From Methanothermococcus sp. Ax23 (GTDB lineage: Archaea > AGJL01 > Methanococci > Methanococcales > Methanococcaceae), in NCBI RefSeq assembly GCF_049075655.1, contig NZ_CP157522.1:1376001-1440000 (forward strand): DNA of 64,000 nucleotides. Direction: 5' to 3'. A model generated the notes under the pieces. The model was not told where the DNA came from, did not search any database, and was given only the letters and a program-made list of their open reading frames with translations. The stretch's first letter is position 1; every line of letters begins with the position of its first letter. The position numbers and the translations under genes are program-made. This document shows positions 11,355-21,598 of the stretch, piece by piece.

Positions 11355-12194
11355 ATGCACCAAAAAATAAGAGACATTAGGATAGAAGCGTCATTAAAAA
11401 ATTTAGATTCCCTCTATAATAATCACGTATTAGATGATAATCTATACAATAATTTGAAAAATCTTTTAGAATTAAGAAAAACTGATTTTAACGAGTTTTT
11501 AAATATTATAACAAAAGACGATTATGCAAATCAAAGATTTGCAAAATCCCTCGCTATCGCTCAGGATGAACCAAATAAACTAAAAAACAAACCAAAGGCA
11601 GTAGTGGCTTTTAGTGGTGGCGTAGATAGCACCGCGTCTTCCATAATATCAAAAAAAATCTTCGATGTAATAGGTATCACAGCATATTCCCCCATTGTAA
11701 TGCATCCCAATAATAAAAAAAATATATCACAACTGGCAAAAAAGTTAAACATAAATCATGAATTTATAGATGTTGATTTAAATGAAATTCAAAATGACAC
11801 ATTAAATGGAAAATACCACCCATGCGGAAGATGCCATAAAACCATAGAAAACGCAGTTTTAAACTATGCAAAAGAAAATAATATAAAATACATAATATAC
11901 GGTGATATGCTTTCTGTTGGGCATTTATCAATTGTTCCAGAAGATGATAATGTTTTAAGAATAAATATGCCCTCCTATTTAGTCCTAACAAAAAATGAGA
12001 GCAGAGAAATTTTAAAAAGGAACAACATAACCATATCTCAAAGATACGGATGCCCACTTCTTAAAAGTGCCCATAAATATAATCGAAATAAAAAATTCAC
12101 AATCCAGAGAATTTTAAGAGAAGTCAGAGCTCAGGTTATAGATAAAGATGAAGGTTTAAAGAATATTTTGGATGTTTTGGAATATGATTTGTGA
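11355..12194 (+). CDS. PP-loop ATPase (QueC/ExsB-like)
   Basis: AFSGGVDS PP-loop, CGRC motif. Confidence 0.8.
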   Translation: MHQKIRDIRIEASLKNLDSLYNNHVLDDNLYNNLKNLLELRKTDFNEFLNIITKDDYANQRFAKSLAIAQDEPNKLKNKPKAVVAFSGGVDSTASSIISKKIFDVIGITAYSPIVMHPNNKKNISQLAKKLNINHEFIDVDLNEIQNDTLNGKYHPCGRCHKTIENAVLNYAKENNIKYIIYGDMLSVGHLSIVPEDDNVLRINMPSYLVLTKNESREILKRNNITISQRYGCPLLKSAHKYNRNKKFTIQRILREVRAQVIDKDEGLKNILDVLEYDL

Positions 12195-12198
12195 TAAA

Positions 12199-13182
12199 TC
12201 ATCCAACAGATATTGCAACAGAAACCCCATTCTTTTTAAATTTCTTTAAAATCAAATTTATATCGTTTATATCGTTTATATGATTATTACTTAGTTTTTT
12301 TACCCCCAATATAGAAACAGGTTCAGAAACCCCATAAACTCCAATGGTTTTAAAAACAAAATCGGATTTTATTAAATCGTCCCTAATCTTATAAATCTCG
12401 TTTATATCATCTCTATCAAATATAAACAAATTCTTTTTAAACCTTTTTACAGTTTCTAAAATTCCCCTTTCATCCTTCTTCACATCAACAGTTGCAAAGG
12501 CATCTACTCTCCACATCGGAATATCTCTTAAATACAGTGCCTTTTTAACTGCCCAATATACCTTATGGGATTTGATATTTCTCCGAGCTCCGATACCAAC
12601 AACAATCTTTTTTGGTTTTAAAATTACAGCATCATCTACAACTACATAATTATTATTGTGATATTCTACATTGTATGTATTTAATACATTTTTTAGCGGT
12701 TTCCAGCCGTTAGGAAGGATTAAATCAACTTTTTCATTTAAAACCTTTTTATTTATCTTTAAAATATCCTTTTTCTCTGGCACATCTAAAAAATAAATAT
12801 TGGAAAGCTCATCAATACCTACTTTATTATTCACATCTGTTGCAGTGGTTAAAACAATATTTCCCTTTAATTCCCTTCCAATTAAATTAGAAAAATAGTT
12901 TCCACCACCTAAATGATTTGACAGGATTGGCATTATATTTTTGCCGAGCTCATCTAGGACTATTACAAAGGCATCTTTTGTTTTATCCTTCTTGATTTTA
13001 TCGATATATTTTCTTAAAACGATGCCTGTTGCCATTATAAAAATAAATCCTTTTTCATTTCCATCAATAATTAAATCCCTTGAATGATATATCCCATTAT
13101 CATAAAAATAATAATCTAAAATACATTTAATTTTATTTGCTAAAATTTCACCGTTTTTTGTGATATAAACTATTTTTATCAT
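12199..13182 (-). CDS. cbiG: Cobalt-precorrin-5A hydrolase
   Basis: MATGIVLR, LSNHLGGGN, TTATD, GVSEP. Confidence 0.93.
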   Translation of the reverse strand: MIKIVYITKNGEILANKIKCILDYYFYDNGIYHSRDLIIDGNEKGFIFIMATGIVLRKYIDKIKKDKTKDAFVIVLDELGKNIMPILSNHLGGGNYFSNLIGRELKGNIVLTTATDVNNKVGIDELSNIYFLDVPEKKDILKINKKVLNEKVDLILPNGWKPLKNVLNTYNVEYHNNNYVVVDDAVILKPKKIVVGIGARRNIKSHKVYWAVKKALYLRDIPMWRVDAFATVDVKKDERGILETVKRFKKNLFIFDRDDINEIYKIRDDLIKSDFVFKTIGVYGVSEPVSILGVKKLSNNHINDINDINLILKKFKKNGVSVAISVG

Positions 13183-13723
13183 GAGCTCATCCTTAATGTT
13201 TTGTAATGCGGATTATTCAATTGTATGTCGAAAAAATATAAATAATTATATGCTAAATATTCTTTACTTTTCTATGAATCAACCATGTATTTTTCATATA
13301 TATAGATTTATAAAAATATAATTAATATATGAATGAGGAGGGGAAATTTTGAAAGAATCAGTTTGTTTTTTAATAGGAAATGGATTTAATTATATGATTA
13401 GAGATATTTTGAGAAATGAATTTAATGATAAATATGAAAAATATTCTAACTCACAATTGGCATTCCTTAGGAATTCCATACCTCTCAGAAATAATTTATA
13501 CTCTAGGGATGAAATTAATGAATTTTTAGATAATATCGACAAATTAATAAAACTTTGGGATGAGCCTAAAAACCGTTATGAAAAATTACTTAATAATCTG
13601 AATAACATTAATATAAAGATAAATGAAGAAGAATCTATTGAAGTATTGAACTGTGTAATTAATTATTTGCATGAAATTGGAGCAATAGATGATTGGAATA
13701 AGGATTATCTTTATAATATAAAC

Positions 13724-14768
13724 GAGGTTGTCGAATAATTGAATTAGTAAATTTATTTGGTATCATATGTTAATACTAATATCCTCATTAGTGTTAATAT
13801 GTTATGCACTATCGCTACTGCGATAGTGCTTTTACATCTGCTATCCGCCAACCTGTCATCTAATTTTAACCTGTTTTTAGTCTCCAGCCCTCCAAATATG
13901 GATTCTACTATCCCCCGAAGGCGATACCAATCCTTGTTAAACATGCTCTTAATGGTTTTTCTAACTTTGCTAATATGATACTTCCACTTGAATTCTTTTG
14001 TTTTAACTATTGGAGTGATATTGTGTTGTAGTAAATATTCAAACAATTCACAGCAATCATATCCTCCATCAGCCAGTAGATATTCATTATCTAAAAAATC
14101 AATCTGTTTAACCATTTCCAATAGGTTGGCACTATCGGAACTATAACCTCCGCCCCAACGGGCGGAGATTATTGGAATATATCCTTGTTCTGGATAGTAT
14201 GATGCTAGAACATGCAATTTATCATGCACCAATCGTTTAGTACGTTTCCCTCCGTGAATGCACTCATAGTATAACCTATTTATGGAAACTCCTGTTGAGT
14301 CTGCCATATATAGTTTGTTGGAGGGCTGAGTTAGTAGATTATCTATAATTACATATGTAAAAGTAAGTAAGGTAGATAACCACCAGGTATCTATTCGCTT
14401 GAATGCTTTACCGTATGTGGAATGGTCAATATGTTTGTTATGTAATGTATTTGAGAGTGTCTCTAAATCCCTTAAACTTAGTTTGTAGATATGTTTTAAT
14501 ATTAGAACTACCACATATTCATTATAGGGTAGGGCAGATACCCTACCAACCTTTCGTCCTTCGGTAGAAGGACGATTCAGCATGTTTGTAATGGATAAAA
14601 TCAACGTATAAGTAGTTCTTAGGTCGTATTTCTTATATCTAAGGTCGTATATTCTCCAGTATCCTTTTGTCTTAGGATTGGTCTTTTTCTTTTCTATTTT
14701 CTTTTTTATATTCCCCTTCATAACATGTATTATATGTTATTGATAATTTAATATTTTTCGACAACCTC
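13724..14768 (-). mobile_element. IS element (IS4/IS5-superfamily DDE), 1045 bp
   Basis: TIRs GAGGTTGTCGAA / TTCGACAACCTC; 9-bp TSD AATATAAAC at 13715-13723 and 14769-14777. Confidence 0.93.
13753..14721 (-). CDS. DDE transposase
   Basis: ADSTG, ADGGYD, Y.LRGIVESIFG motifs. Confidence 0.92.
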   Translation of the reverse strand: MKGNIKKKIEKKKTNPKTKGYWRIYDLRYKKYDLRTTYTLILSITNMLNRPSTEGRKVGRVSALPYNEYVVVLILKHIYKLSLRDLETLSNTLHNKHIDHSTYGKAFKRIDTWWLSTLLTFTYVIIDNLLTQPSNKLYMADSTGVSINRLYYECIHGGKRTKRLVHDKLHVLASYYPEQGYIPIISARWGGGYSSDSANLLEMVKQIDFLDNEYLLADGGYDCCELFEYLLQHNITPIVKTKEFKWKYHISKVRKTIKSMFNKDWYRLRGIVESIFGGLETKNRLKLDDRLADSRCKSTIAVAIVHNILTLMRILVLTYDTK

Positions 14769-15653
14769 AATATAAACAAAAAGATGATATCCCAAATAAT
14801 TGGAACCACTGCAAATAAATTGATAGATTTTGAATTGAATAATCGTTATAAGATTTTGGGAAAAGCGTTAGATATTGATGACGAATGGTTTGGAGACGCA
14901 CTATACCAATTGTTTGAAAAAAGTAAGGTTATCACTCATTTTTATACAACAAATTATGATGGAATTTTGGATATTATGTTAATGAGAAACAATGGACGAT
15001 ATTTAAGTGATGGTTTCGAGGCGTATAATAAGGTTGAAATAAAATTTGATAGCGAAGATGCCTGGAATGCATGCAAGTTTAATCTATCAAACTTCCTCAA
15101 GAGCCATAAAAACGACAATATAATTGCCCATTTGCACGGTTCATATAAATTTATCAACACTAAGAGTGGAAAAACTCGCAAACTTATAAAAACCAAGGAT
15201 GGTAATCATCCAATTGGATATTATCCAGTAATTGTATATAACAGTCCAATATTAAAATATGATTTAATTGAACAAATTGATGTCTTAAAGTGGTATTTTC
15301 TACATTTTAGGTTAAGTTTAGGGGAATGCTCAAAACTTGTAATTTGGGGAAATTCACTAAGAACCGACCCGCACATTGTAGATGCAATTTGTCAAAATTT
15401 TGATAAAGAAAAGCCATTATATATTATTGATATTAATCCAAAATCAGTAATAGAACGGCTACAAAATACATGTAAAAATAAAGGATTTGATAAATTCAAA
15501 AATATAAAAACTATCAATAATTTAGGATTTGATGAACCGCCGAAAACAAAAAAAGATTTATTTGAGTTGTTTAAGAAGTTAATCACTGATTGATGTTATC
15601 ATTGTTATGCATTGTTAAAGTTATACATTTTATAGTAAAAAATAAAATATCAC

Positions 15654-16745
15654 TTATTTTATAATCTCTCTAGCAATTTCCTTTGCACATTCTCTTTTTT
15701 CACTTAAATCATTTAGAAACTCTGTAATTTTTTCATAGCACGATTTTTTACACTGTCCGCAGGTGAGCTCACCATTCTTACATTTATCATATATCTCTTT
15801 AAGCTCATTATCATCATCAATTAAATGATAAACATAGAGCTCATACACCACACACTCCTCAGGAATTCCTCCAAGCTTTTTCTGCTCTTCAAGAGTCTCT
15901 CTACCTCCTGTTTTACACGACATTATCTTTTTCCTAAGAGATTTGGATGGCTTATCACTTAAAAATATTGCAGTCTCTGGTTTGGATGAGCTCATCTTAC
16001 CTCCTAAAAGTCCAGTCATGAACCTATGGTATGTTGATGATGGAGGTATAAATTTAAATTCCTTTGCCCTATTTGCTATATCCCTAGTTAATCTTAAATG
16101 AGGGTCTTGGTCAATACCAACTGGAACAACAACCGGATTCTTTTCCTTTAATTGAGGATGAAGTATGTCGGCAACTTGAACAATTGGAGCAAGGATATGC
16201 CCTATATTTGTTTCACCACCAAATCCATATATTGCCCTCATCTCACTAAAATTAACTCGTTTAGCCAATTTCATCGCCAAATCCTTAACCGTCTCATTTT
16301 TTGATTGAAGGTAAACATTTATTTTATTTGGATTTAATCCCAGTGCTATATAGTTTGTAATATACTCCTCAACCGCAAGCTTTTTTGTGGTTTCGAAGTC
16401 CATTCCTCTTGCCCAGTATGCCTCTAAATCAGCTATCGGAATATATATTTCTGTGTTGTAGTTTTGGTAGTAAAGGAGCTGGTCAACTATCATCTTATGT
16501 CCAAAGTGCATTTTACCAGAAGGCATCATACCGCTTAGAACTGTAAATTTTTTACCTTCTTTCATTGATTTTATTATTCTCTCAAAATCTCTATGTCCGA
16601 ATATTATGCCTCTTCTCATAAGATGGTGGGGATTTTCAATATCCTTTAATAAATCTTTAATTGGTTTTATTCCAAAGTTTTCCATTGTTTTTTTATAATC
16701 AACATTATCTGAAACATCCCAAGGTGTTATCAATGTCTCACCCAA
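15654..16745 (-). CDS. trpS: Tryptophanyl-tRNA synthetase
   Basis: TPW, HFGH, GIDQDPH, KMSSS. Confidence 0.97.
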   Translation of the reverse strand: MGETLITPWDVSDNVDYKKTMENFGIKPIKDLLKDIENPHHLMRRGIIFGHRDFERIIKSMKEGKKFTVLSGMMPSGKMHFGHKMIVDQLLYYQNYNTEIYIPIADLEAYWARGMDFETTKKLAVEEYITNYIALGLNPNKINVYLQSKNETVKDLAMKLAKRVNFSEMRAIYGFGGETNIGHILAPIVQVADILHPQLKEKNPVVVPVGIDQDPHLRLTRDIANRAKEFKFIPPSSTYHRFMTGLLGGKMSSSKPETAIFLSDKPSKSLRKKIMSCKTGGRETLEEQKKLGGIPEECVVYELYVYHLIDDDNELKEIYDKCKNGELTCGQCKKSCYEKITEFLNDLSEKRECAKEIAREIIK

Positions 16746-16852
16746 CTACTTTAATATTTAGTATTATTTATCCATCTATTTAAATTTATTATATATTATA
16801 TTTTATTTTGATTTATTACTTATTTTTTATTTATTGACTCTAATTTACTCAA

Positions 16853-17776
16853 TTATTCAAAGTCATCAGGGAGTTTTGCCGCAATATCGTGATGTTCTGC
16901 AAGTCCAAGTGCCGCAACTGCTCCAATTATTCCTCCATCCTTTTCAAATATTTTAATAATGTCGATATTATTTCTCATTGCCACAGCTTTTGCCTCTTCA
17001 ACAGAAACCATGCCTCTTTTTGCTTTGCAAGTATATAATTTCATGCTTTTTGATGGGGTGATTCCATAATATACTGCCATTGCAGTTTTATCTGACAAAC
17101 TTTTTTCTTTTAAATGATTTTTAATTAATTCCTTGATTTTATATTTATATTTTGGATATACTGCGAAGGTCAGTGCAATAGATACGCAGTTTTGTGTTTT
17201 ATCAGGATTTCCAGGATAAAGCTGAATTATAGTATGGTCTATATAGTATCCAATGCCCTCTTTTTCAACTAATTTTCCAATCTCATTTGCAAGAACCCAG
17301 GTTGCTCCTTCTTCCTTTGTATCAGTATCATCAATACCTATTATTACCTTTTCCATCCTTGGGGTGATTACTACTCCTTTTCCAAGCTTTGAACCGCCAC
17401 CTTCTTCATGCAATATGGCATCAACTACATTTTCGGCATTTTTTCTCAATTCAACACCAACTCCTGCACCAGCCAAACCTGCATAAATAATATGAACATT
17501 ATCATCTTTAACAAAAACCTGCTCAATACCTGCGGCAGATAATGAAGGGACAAGTTTTAACCTGCATTTATCTATTTTTAATATAAAATGGTGATTATTT
17601 CCTTCCCTCCATGCTGAAATAATAAGGGGAGAAGTTCTCTGATATTGATATATTACCCACTGAGCTCCGTTTGGACAAGGGTGTTCTTCTATGAGCTCGA
17701 CAATTCCCAATTCTTCATCAACCATGGCTATTATTTTTTTATATGAAATATCCTCTGCATTGCCGTATTTGTCCAT
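16853..17776 (-). CDS. Methanogenesis marker protein 11-like (TiaS N-terminal-like domain)
   Basis: GLAGAGVG, IGIDDTD, KTQNC, GIIGAVAALG. Confidence 0.75.
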   Translation of the reverse strand: MDKYGNAEDISYKKIIAMVDEELGIVELIEEHPCPNGAQWVIYQYQRTSPLIISAWREGNNHHFILKIDKCRLKLVPSLSAAGIEQVFVKDDNVHIIYAGLAGAGVGVELRKNAENVVDAILHEEGGGSKLGKGVVITPRMEKVIIGIDDTDTKEEGATWVLANEIGKLVEKEGIGYYIDHTIIQLYPGNPDKTQNCVSIALTFAVYPKYKYKIKELIKNHLKEKSLSDKTAMAVYYGITPSKSMKLYTCKAKRGMVSVEEAKAVAMRNNIDIIKIFEKDGGIIGAVAALGLAEHHDIAAKLPDDFE

Positions 17777-17793
17777 TTATATCCCTCTTTTAT

Positions 17794-18348
17794 TTATTTT
17801 TCATCTAAATTGGTTAAATGTTGAATAATCTTTTGGTAAATATAATCGTATAACTCTTCATTATTATCATTATCATCTATTTCAAATTTTTGTAATCCAT
17901 AATTTAGTATTATTAATTCGAGCTCCCACTCGACAGTTTCAAGTTCTTTTTTAAGTTCATCTATTTTATTATATATGTCCCATTTTAACGAATCATCAAC
18001 ATTTACCACTATATTTCTCATTTTTTTGATACATTCATTTAACTCATCATAATTTACCACATTTACATTGCTGTTCAGTTCATTTAATTGACATCTAAGT
18101 TTGTTCAATGTGTTTAGGTATTTTCGTAGTTCATTACTTAAAAATTTTGCATCATTGATATTTAAAGTGTTTGAATTATTGTCCAAATCTTTTAATGTAT
18201 CCTCTAAAATGCCTATTTCATTATTTAGGTCTATATATTTTTTTAAATATTCTTTTAATTTTTCAATTTCGCTATATTCTTTATCTTTTAAAAGTATCAA
18301 CTCTGCAATCTTTTTTATTTTATTAATCACCATCCCCTCCATCCACAT
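17794..18348 (-). CDS. Hypothetical coiled-coil protein
   Basis: 184-aa ORF rich in heptad Leu/Glu/Lys. Confidence 0.55.
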   Translation of the reverse strand: MWMEGMVINKIKKIAELILLKDKEYSEIEKLKEYLKKYIDLNNEIGILEDTLKDLDNNSNTLNINDAKFLSNELRKYLNTLNKLRCQLNELNSNVNVVNYDELNECIKKMRNIVVNVDDSLKWDIYNKIDELKKELETVEWELELIILNYGLQKFEIDDNDNNEELYDYIYQKIIQHLTNLDEK

Positions 18349-18542
18349 ATATAAATGACGAACATCTAAATCTTAAATGGGTGAAGTGGGAATCCTCAAA
18401 ATCACTTTTTTATTTTATTACGATAATACAGTATTATACCGATGAATATATTTTAAATCCCCTTCACCACAATAATAAAAGTTTAATAATATGTGTTATA
18501 TATTATTACACCTATTGCTACTATATTTTAGTCATACCATAC

Positions 18543-20279
18543 TCAGTCATATTTTACATGCCTTATATTTGCCAGTGAGCCATGTTTTGCCTTTTTCATT
18601 TCCAGTCCACTCATCAGAGCTCTGCCTACGCCTATTACTTTACCATCATATATTATTACAATTTCATCATTCACAGAAATATTTTCATCGCAATCCTTAA
18701 ATCCCGGAGCAAATAGCGAACCTTTTTTGACTTTAAAATCTACCTCTACCCAATTTGTTTTCCCAAGTAGATTTCCGCCGTCATAGGTTAAAACTAAAAG
18801 CCCATTTTCCTCATTTAAAGAACATATTTGAACTAATTTGTTGTTCTGTTTAACAAAGAATTTTCTATGCCTTCCTTTAATAATTACATCGTCTGGGATA
18901 AAATCTTTATTAAATTGGAACTTTGCAAGCTGTTTGTAGTTGTGTATGAATTGCTGTTTTCTGGTTTTATTGCTTTCATTATCATTGTCGGGATTTTCAT
19001 TTAATACTAATTCCTTTAACTCTTTTAATGTATTTTTTAGATTTTCAAGAGACTTTGTAGATGTTGGATTGTCGTCCTCAGAAGTAATTATATAATTACC
19101 GTATTTTTTATATTCATTTTCATCTAAAATTTCCAAATAATGCTCTGGCAAATGTGCAATTATATTTAACTTCCCAAATTTATCTTTTGCATTATCAAGG
19201 TATTCTTTTAAATGCTTGTTTATAAATTCAATTTCTTCGGAGCTCCACTTTCCAGTAACTGGAATATCATAATCTATTGCACCTTCCAGAGCTCGTGGAA
19301 CTATACCATAGGGGGATGTAAGGATTACCTCCTCAACTGGGAAATTTACCGAGTTTATGGCATTTATGAAAAATTGATGAGATTTTGAATAGGAATATGG
19401 CTTTTTTGATGAACAAGGTAATAAAACGATTGTATTTGTAAATGCCTCATAGTTTTTCACTCGTTCAATGTATTTTTTTACCTCTGGAATGGTGGTTTCA
19501 TCAATGGACACTATAATCTTTTTGCCCTTAGATAGTGGAATGTTTCTTAAATCTGGATTGTATCGCCTATAATTTGCACGGAGATATGGGTCTGATAAAC
19601 TCGTTTCTTCTACAAGGTTTCTTAAACATCCCTCTTTTATACAGTATTTTATCTCTTCAACCACTTCATCTAAAATTGACATGTTATGTTGTAGGAGCTC
19701 ATCAAAAGATTTATTGCTTATCGTCATCATCCTATTTTTTGTAAATTTATATCCAAGGGATGCGTAGTATGATGCAGATGAATAATCAAAATAATCTACA
19801 CCCAAATATGCCAATAAAGGCATTTCCCATGGAAGCGCAGTGGGGAAATATATGGCAGTATTTGGAGAGATTTTTTCCCTTAATTTTGGAATTAACTCAA
19901 CAAGTTCTTTTCTTTTAATTAATCTCCTTCCATCTGCAATTATTATTAAATCAGGTTCTAATTCATTTAAATTAATGTTATCAATATTATCAACATATTT
20001 TCCAAAATTTATAATGCAGTATTTAATCTTTTCTTCATTTTTAAGTTCAACTGTTCCATAGGTTTCTTCTTTATTTACATCTATTAAATAATTTGCAATA
20101 TCTTCTGGACAATCAAATGGTATTTTTAGTAGGGGGAGTTCAATATCATTCAATATATTCTCATCAATCATTTTCGGAGTTATACTTTGGTTATTATTTT
20201 TTTTATTTTTATCATATTGTGCCTTACAATATACTTCCTTGCAAATTCTTCCTATATCATAATAAATTGGTTCAAGCAT
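18543..20279 (-). CDS. arcS: Archaeosine synthase subunit alpha (TgtA2) with PUA domain
   Basis: LLPCSSKKPYS.SKSH, YDIPVTG.W, C-terminal PUA domain. Confidence 0.9.
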   Translation of the reverse strand: MLEPIYYDIGRICKEVYCKAQYDKNKKNNNQSITPKMIDENILNDIELPLLKIPFDCPEDIANYLIDVNKEETYGTVELKNEEKIKYCIINFGKYVDNIDNINLNELEPDLIIIADGRRLIKRKELVELIPKLREKISPNTAIYFPTALPWEMPLLAYLGVDYFDYSSASYYASLGYKFTKNRMMTISNKSFDELLQHNMSILDEVVEEIKYCIKEGCLRNLVEETSLSDPYLRANYRRYNPDLRNIPLSKGKKIIVSIDETTIPEVKKYIERVKNYEAFTNTIVLLPCSSKKPYSYSKSHQFFINAINSVNFPVEEVILTSPYGIVPRALEGAIDYDIPVTGKWSSEEIEFINKHLKEYLDNAKDKFGKLNIIAHLPEHYLEILDENEYKKYGNYIITSEDDNPTSTKSLENLKNTLKELKELVLNENPDNDNESNKTRKQQFIHNYKQLAKFQFNKDFIPDDVIIKGRHRKFFVKQNNKLVQICSLNEENGLLVLTYDGGNLLGKTNWVEVDFKVKKGSLFAPGFKDCDENISVNDEIVIIYDGKVIGVGRALMSGLEMKKAKHGSLANIRHVKYD

Positions 20280-20394
20280 CTTATCACTTTTTCATTATTA
20301 AAATAGATTAAAAAATATTAAATTATATTTAAAAGTTAAATAAAAATTAAATAATAAATATTATTCTTCTCATATTTATGTGGTTTATTGAAAA

Positions 20395-21024
20395 TTATCC
20401 TATTATAAGTTTTTTTATCTCGAAGGTAACGGAGCTCTCAATTATTCCTGCAATTACAAATAACAGTATGGAAATAAATAATAATCTTAAAGAATCTTTA
20501 CAATCCATAATGTAATTATTATTCTTTTTTAATTTTTTTATCATCCCTTTAAATAGCACTATTCCAGAACTACTGGAAAGTATAAGTGCAGGGATTTCCA
20601 CAATACCATGAGGTAATACCAATAATATAAATGTTAAGGGGTTGTTTATATATAATACATAAGCCAAAATAAAGGCATTTGATATTACAATCAATATTGA
20701 AAATATCGTTAATACATACTCTAAAATTTCAACACTTAAATTATGAGTCAATATATAGTAGAATATATCAAATGAGGATTTATTTTCAAGATTTAATGAA
20801 TTTATATATTCTGAAAATTGCTTAAAAGTCATTTCTCCAATTTCTTTAATCCCTCCAATATCTAAATAAAATAAAATATATGAAATAACAAATGACATTA
20901 AAAATAATATAGCAACAGTATATATGATAGTTTTCTGCCTTTCAAAAGCATATATAATTTCTAATATTTCATATGTTGTTTTACTCATACTTATCACGAA
21001 GTTATTTTTATAAAATTTAGACAA
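20395..21024 (-). CDS. SpoIIM-like membrane protein
   Basis: HN, LPHGIVEIPA, AGIIES motifs. Confidence 0.85.
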   Translation of the reverse strand: MSKFYKNNFVISMSKTTYEILEIIYAFERQKTIIYTVAILFLMSFVISYILFYLDIGGIKEIGEMTFKQFSEYINSLNLENKSSFDIFYYILTHNLSVEILEYVLTIFSILIVISNAFILAYVLYINNPLTFILLVLPHGIVEIPALILSSSSGIVLFKGMIKKLKKNNNYIMDCKDSLRLLFISILLFVIAGIIESSVTFEIKKLIIG

Positions 21025-21074
21025 TTATTAGATAAAAATATTTTCAATTATAACATAGTTAATGAATTATAAAA

Positions 21075-21536
21075 ATGGGTGAGCTCATGGATGATAATAT
21101 TTCCAATATTTTAAAAACCTTAGAGAAATATGATGTTAATATAGAAAATATGATAGATTGTGGAATGGAACTTTGTATTTCTGATGATGTTGAAAAAGAA
21201 AATATTAGAAAAAAACTTGAAGAAACAATTTTAAACAGCTTAAACAACCCTAATGTATCCACTCTAATAATAGGTGCTGTAAAACTTGAAGAGGAGGGTA
21301 TGAGGGGAAATTTACCGTTCAATTATGATGAAGACCCCAATTATATATATGTAGATGAAGTCATTGGTATGGCAATAGCCAACGAAATAGCCGGGACAAA
21401 GGCGATATTTAATTTTAGATGGTATGATGCAAAAAAACCCGGGATTGTGGGAATTCTCGACGAAAAAGGATATATATTTTTAGATGATGCCATCGCCGGT
21501 TTTATTGCTGGATGCATGTCAAAAGTCTTTGAATAA
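21075..21536 (+). CDS. cobZ: Alpha-ribazole phosphatase CobZ (PgpA-like)
   Basis: DEVIGMAIA..IAG.KAIFNF.WYD.KKPG, FLDDAIAG. Confidence 0.82.
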   Translation: MGELMDDNISNILKTLEKYDVNIENMIDCGMELCISDDVEKENIRKKLEETILNSLNNPNVSTLIIGAVKLEEEGMRGNLPFNYDEDPNYIYVDEVIGMAIANEIAGTKAIFNFRWYDAKKPGIVGILDEKGYIFLDDAIAGFIAGCMSKVFE

Positions 21537-21598
21537 GTTAAAATTCCATAAATACACTTAACAAAAAATTAAAAAAGGAAATGGAAAAATATAGACAT

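Larger units (their letters stand above)
13349..15593 (+). pseudogene. SIR2-like (SIR2_2/AbiH-type) gene interrupted by an IS
   Basis: N-part has FLIGNGFN; C-part has TTNYD, HLHGS, WGNSL; removing the IS and one TSD copy rejoins the halves in frame (YLYNIN-KKMISQ), 396 aa. Confidence 0.85.

Noticed and set aside
18345-18405. Patch ATGACGAAC...GTGAAGTGGGAATCCTC resembling a SECIS or tnpB right-end remnant
   Set aside because: No convincing stem and no UGA-containing ORF nearby.
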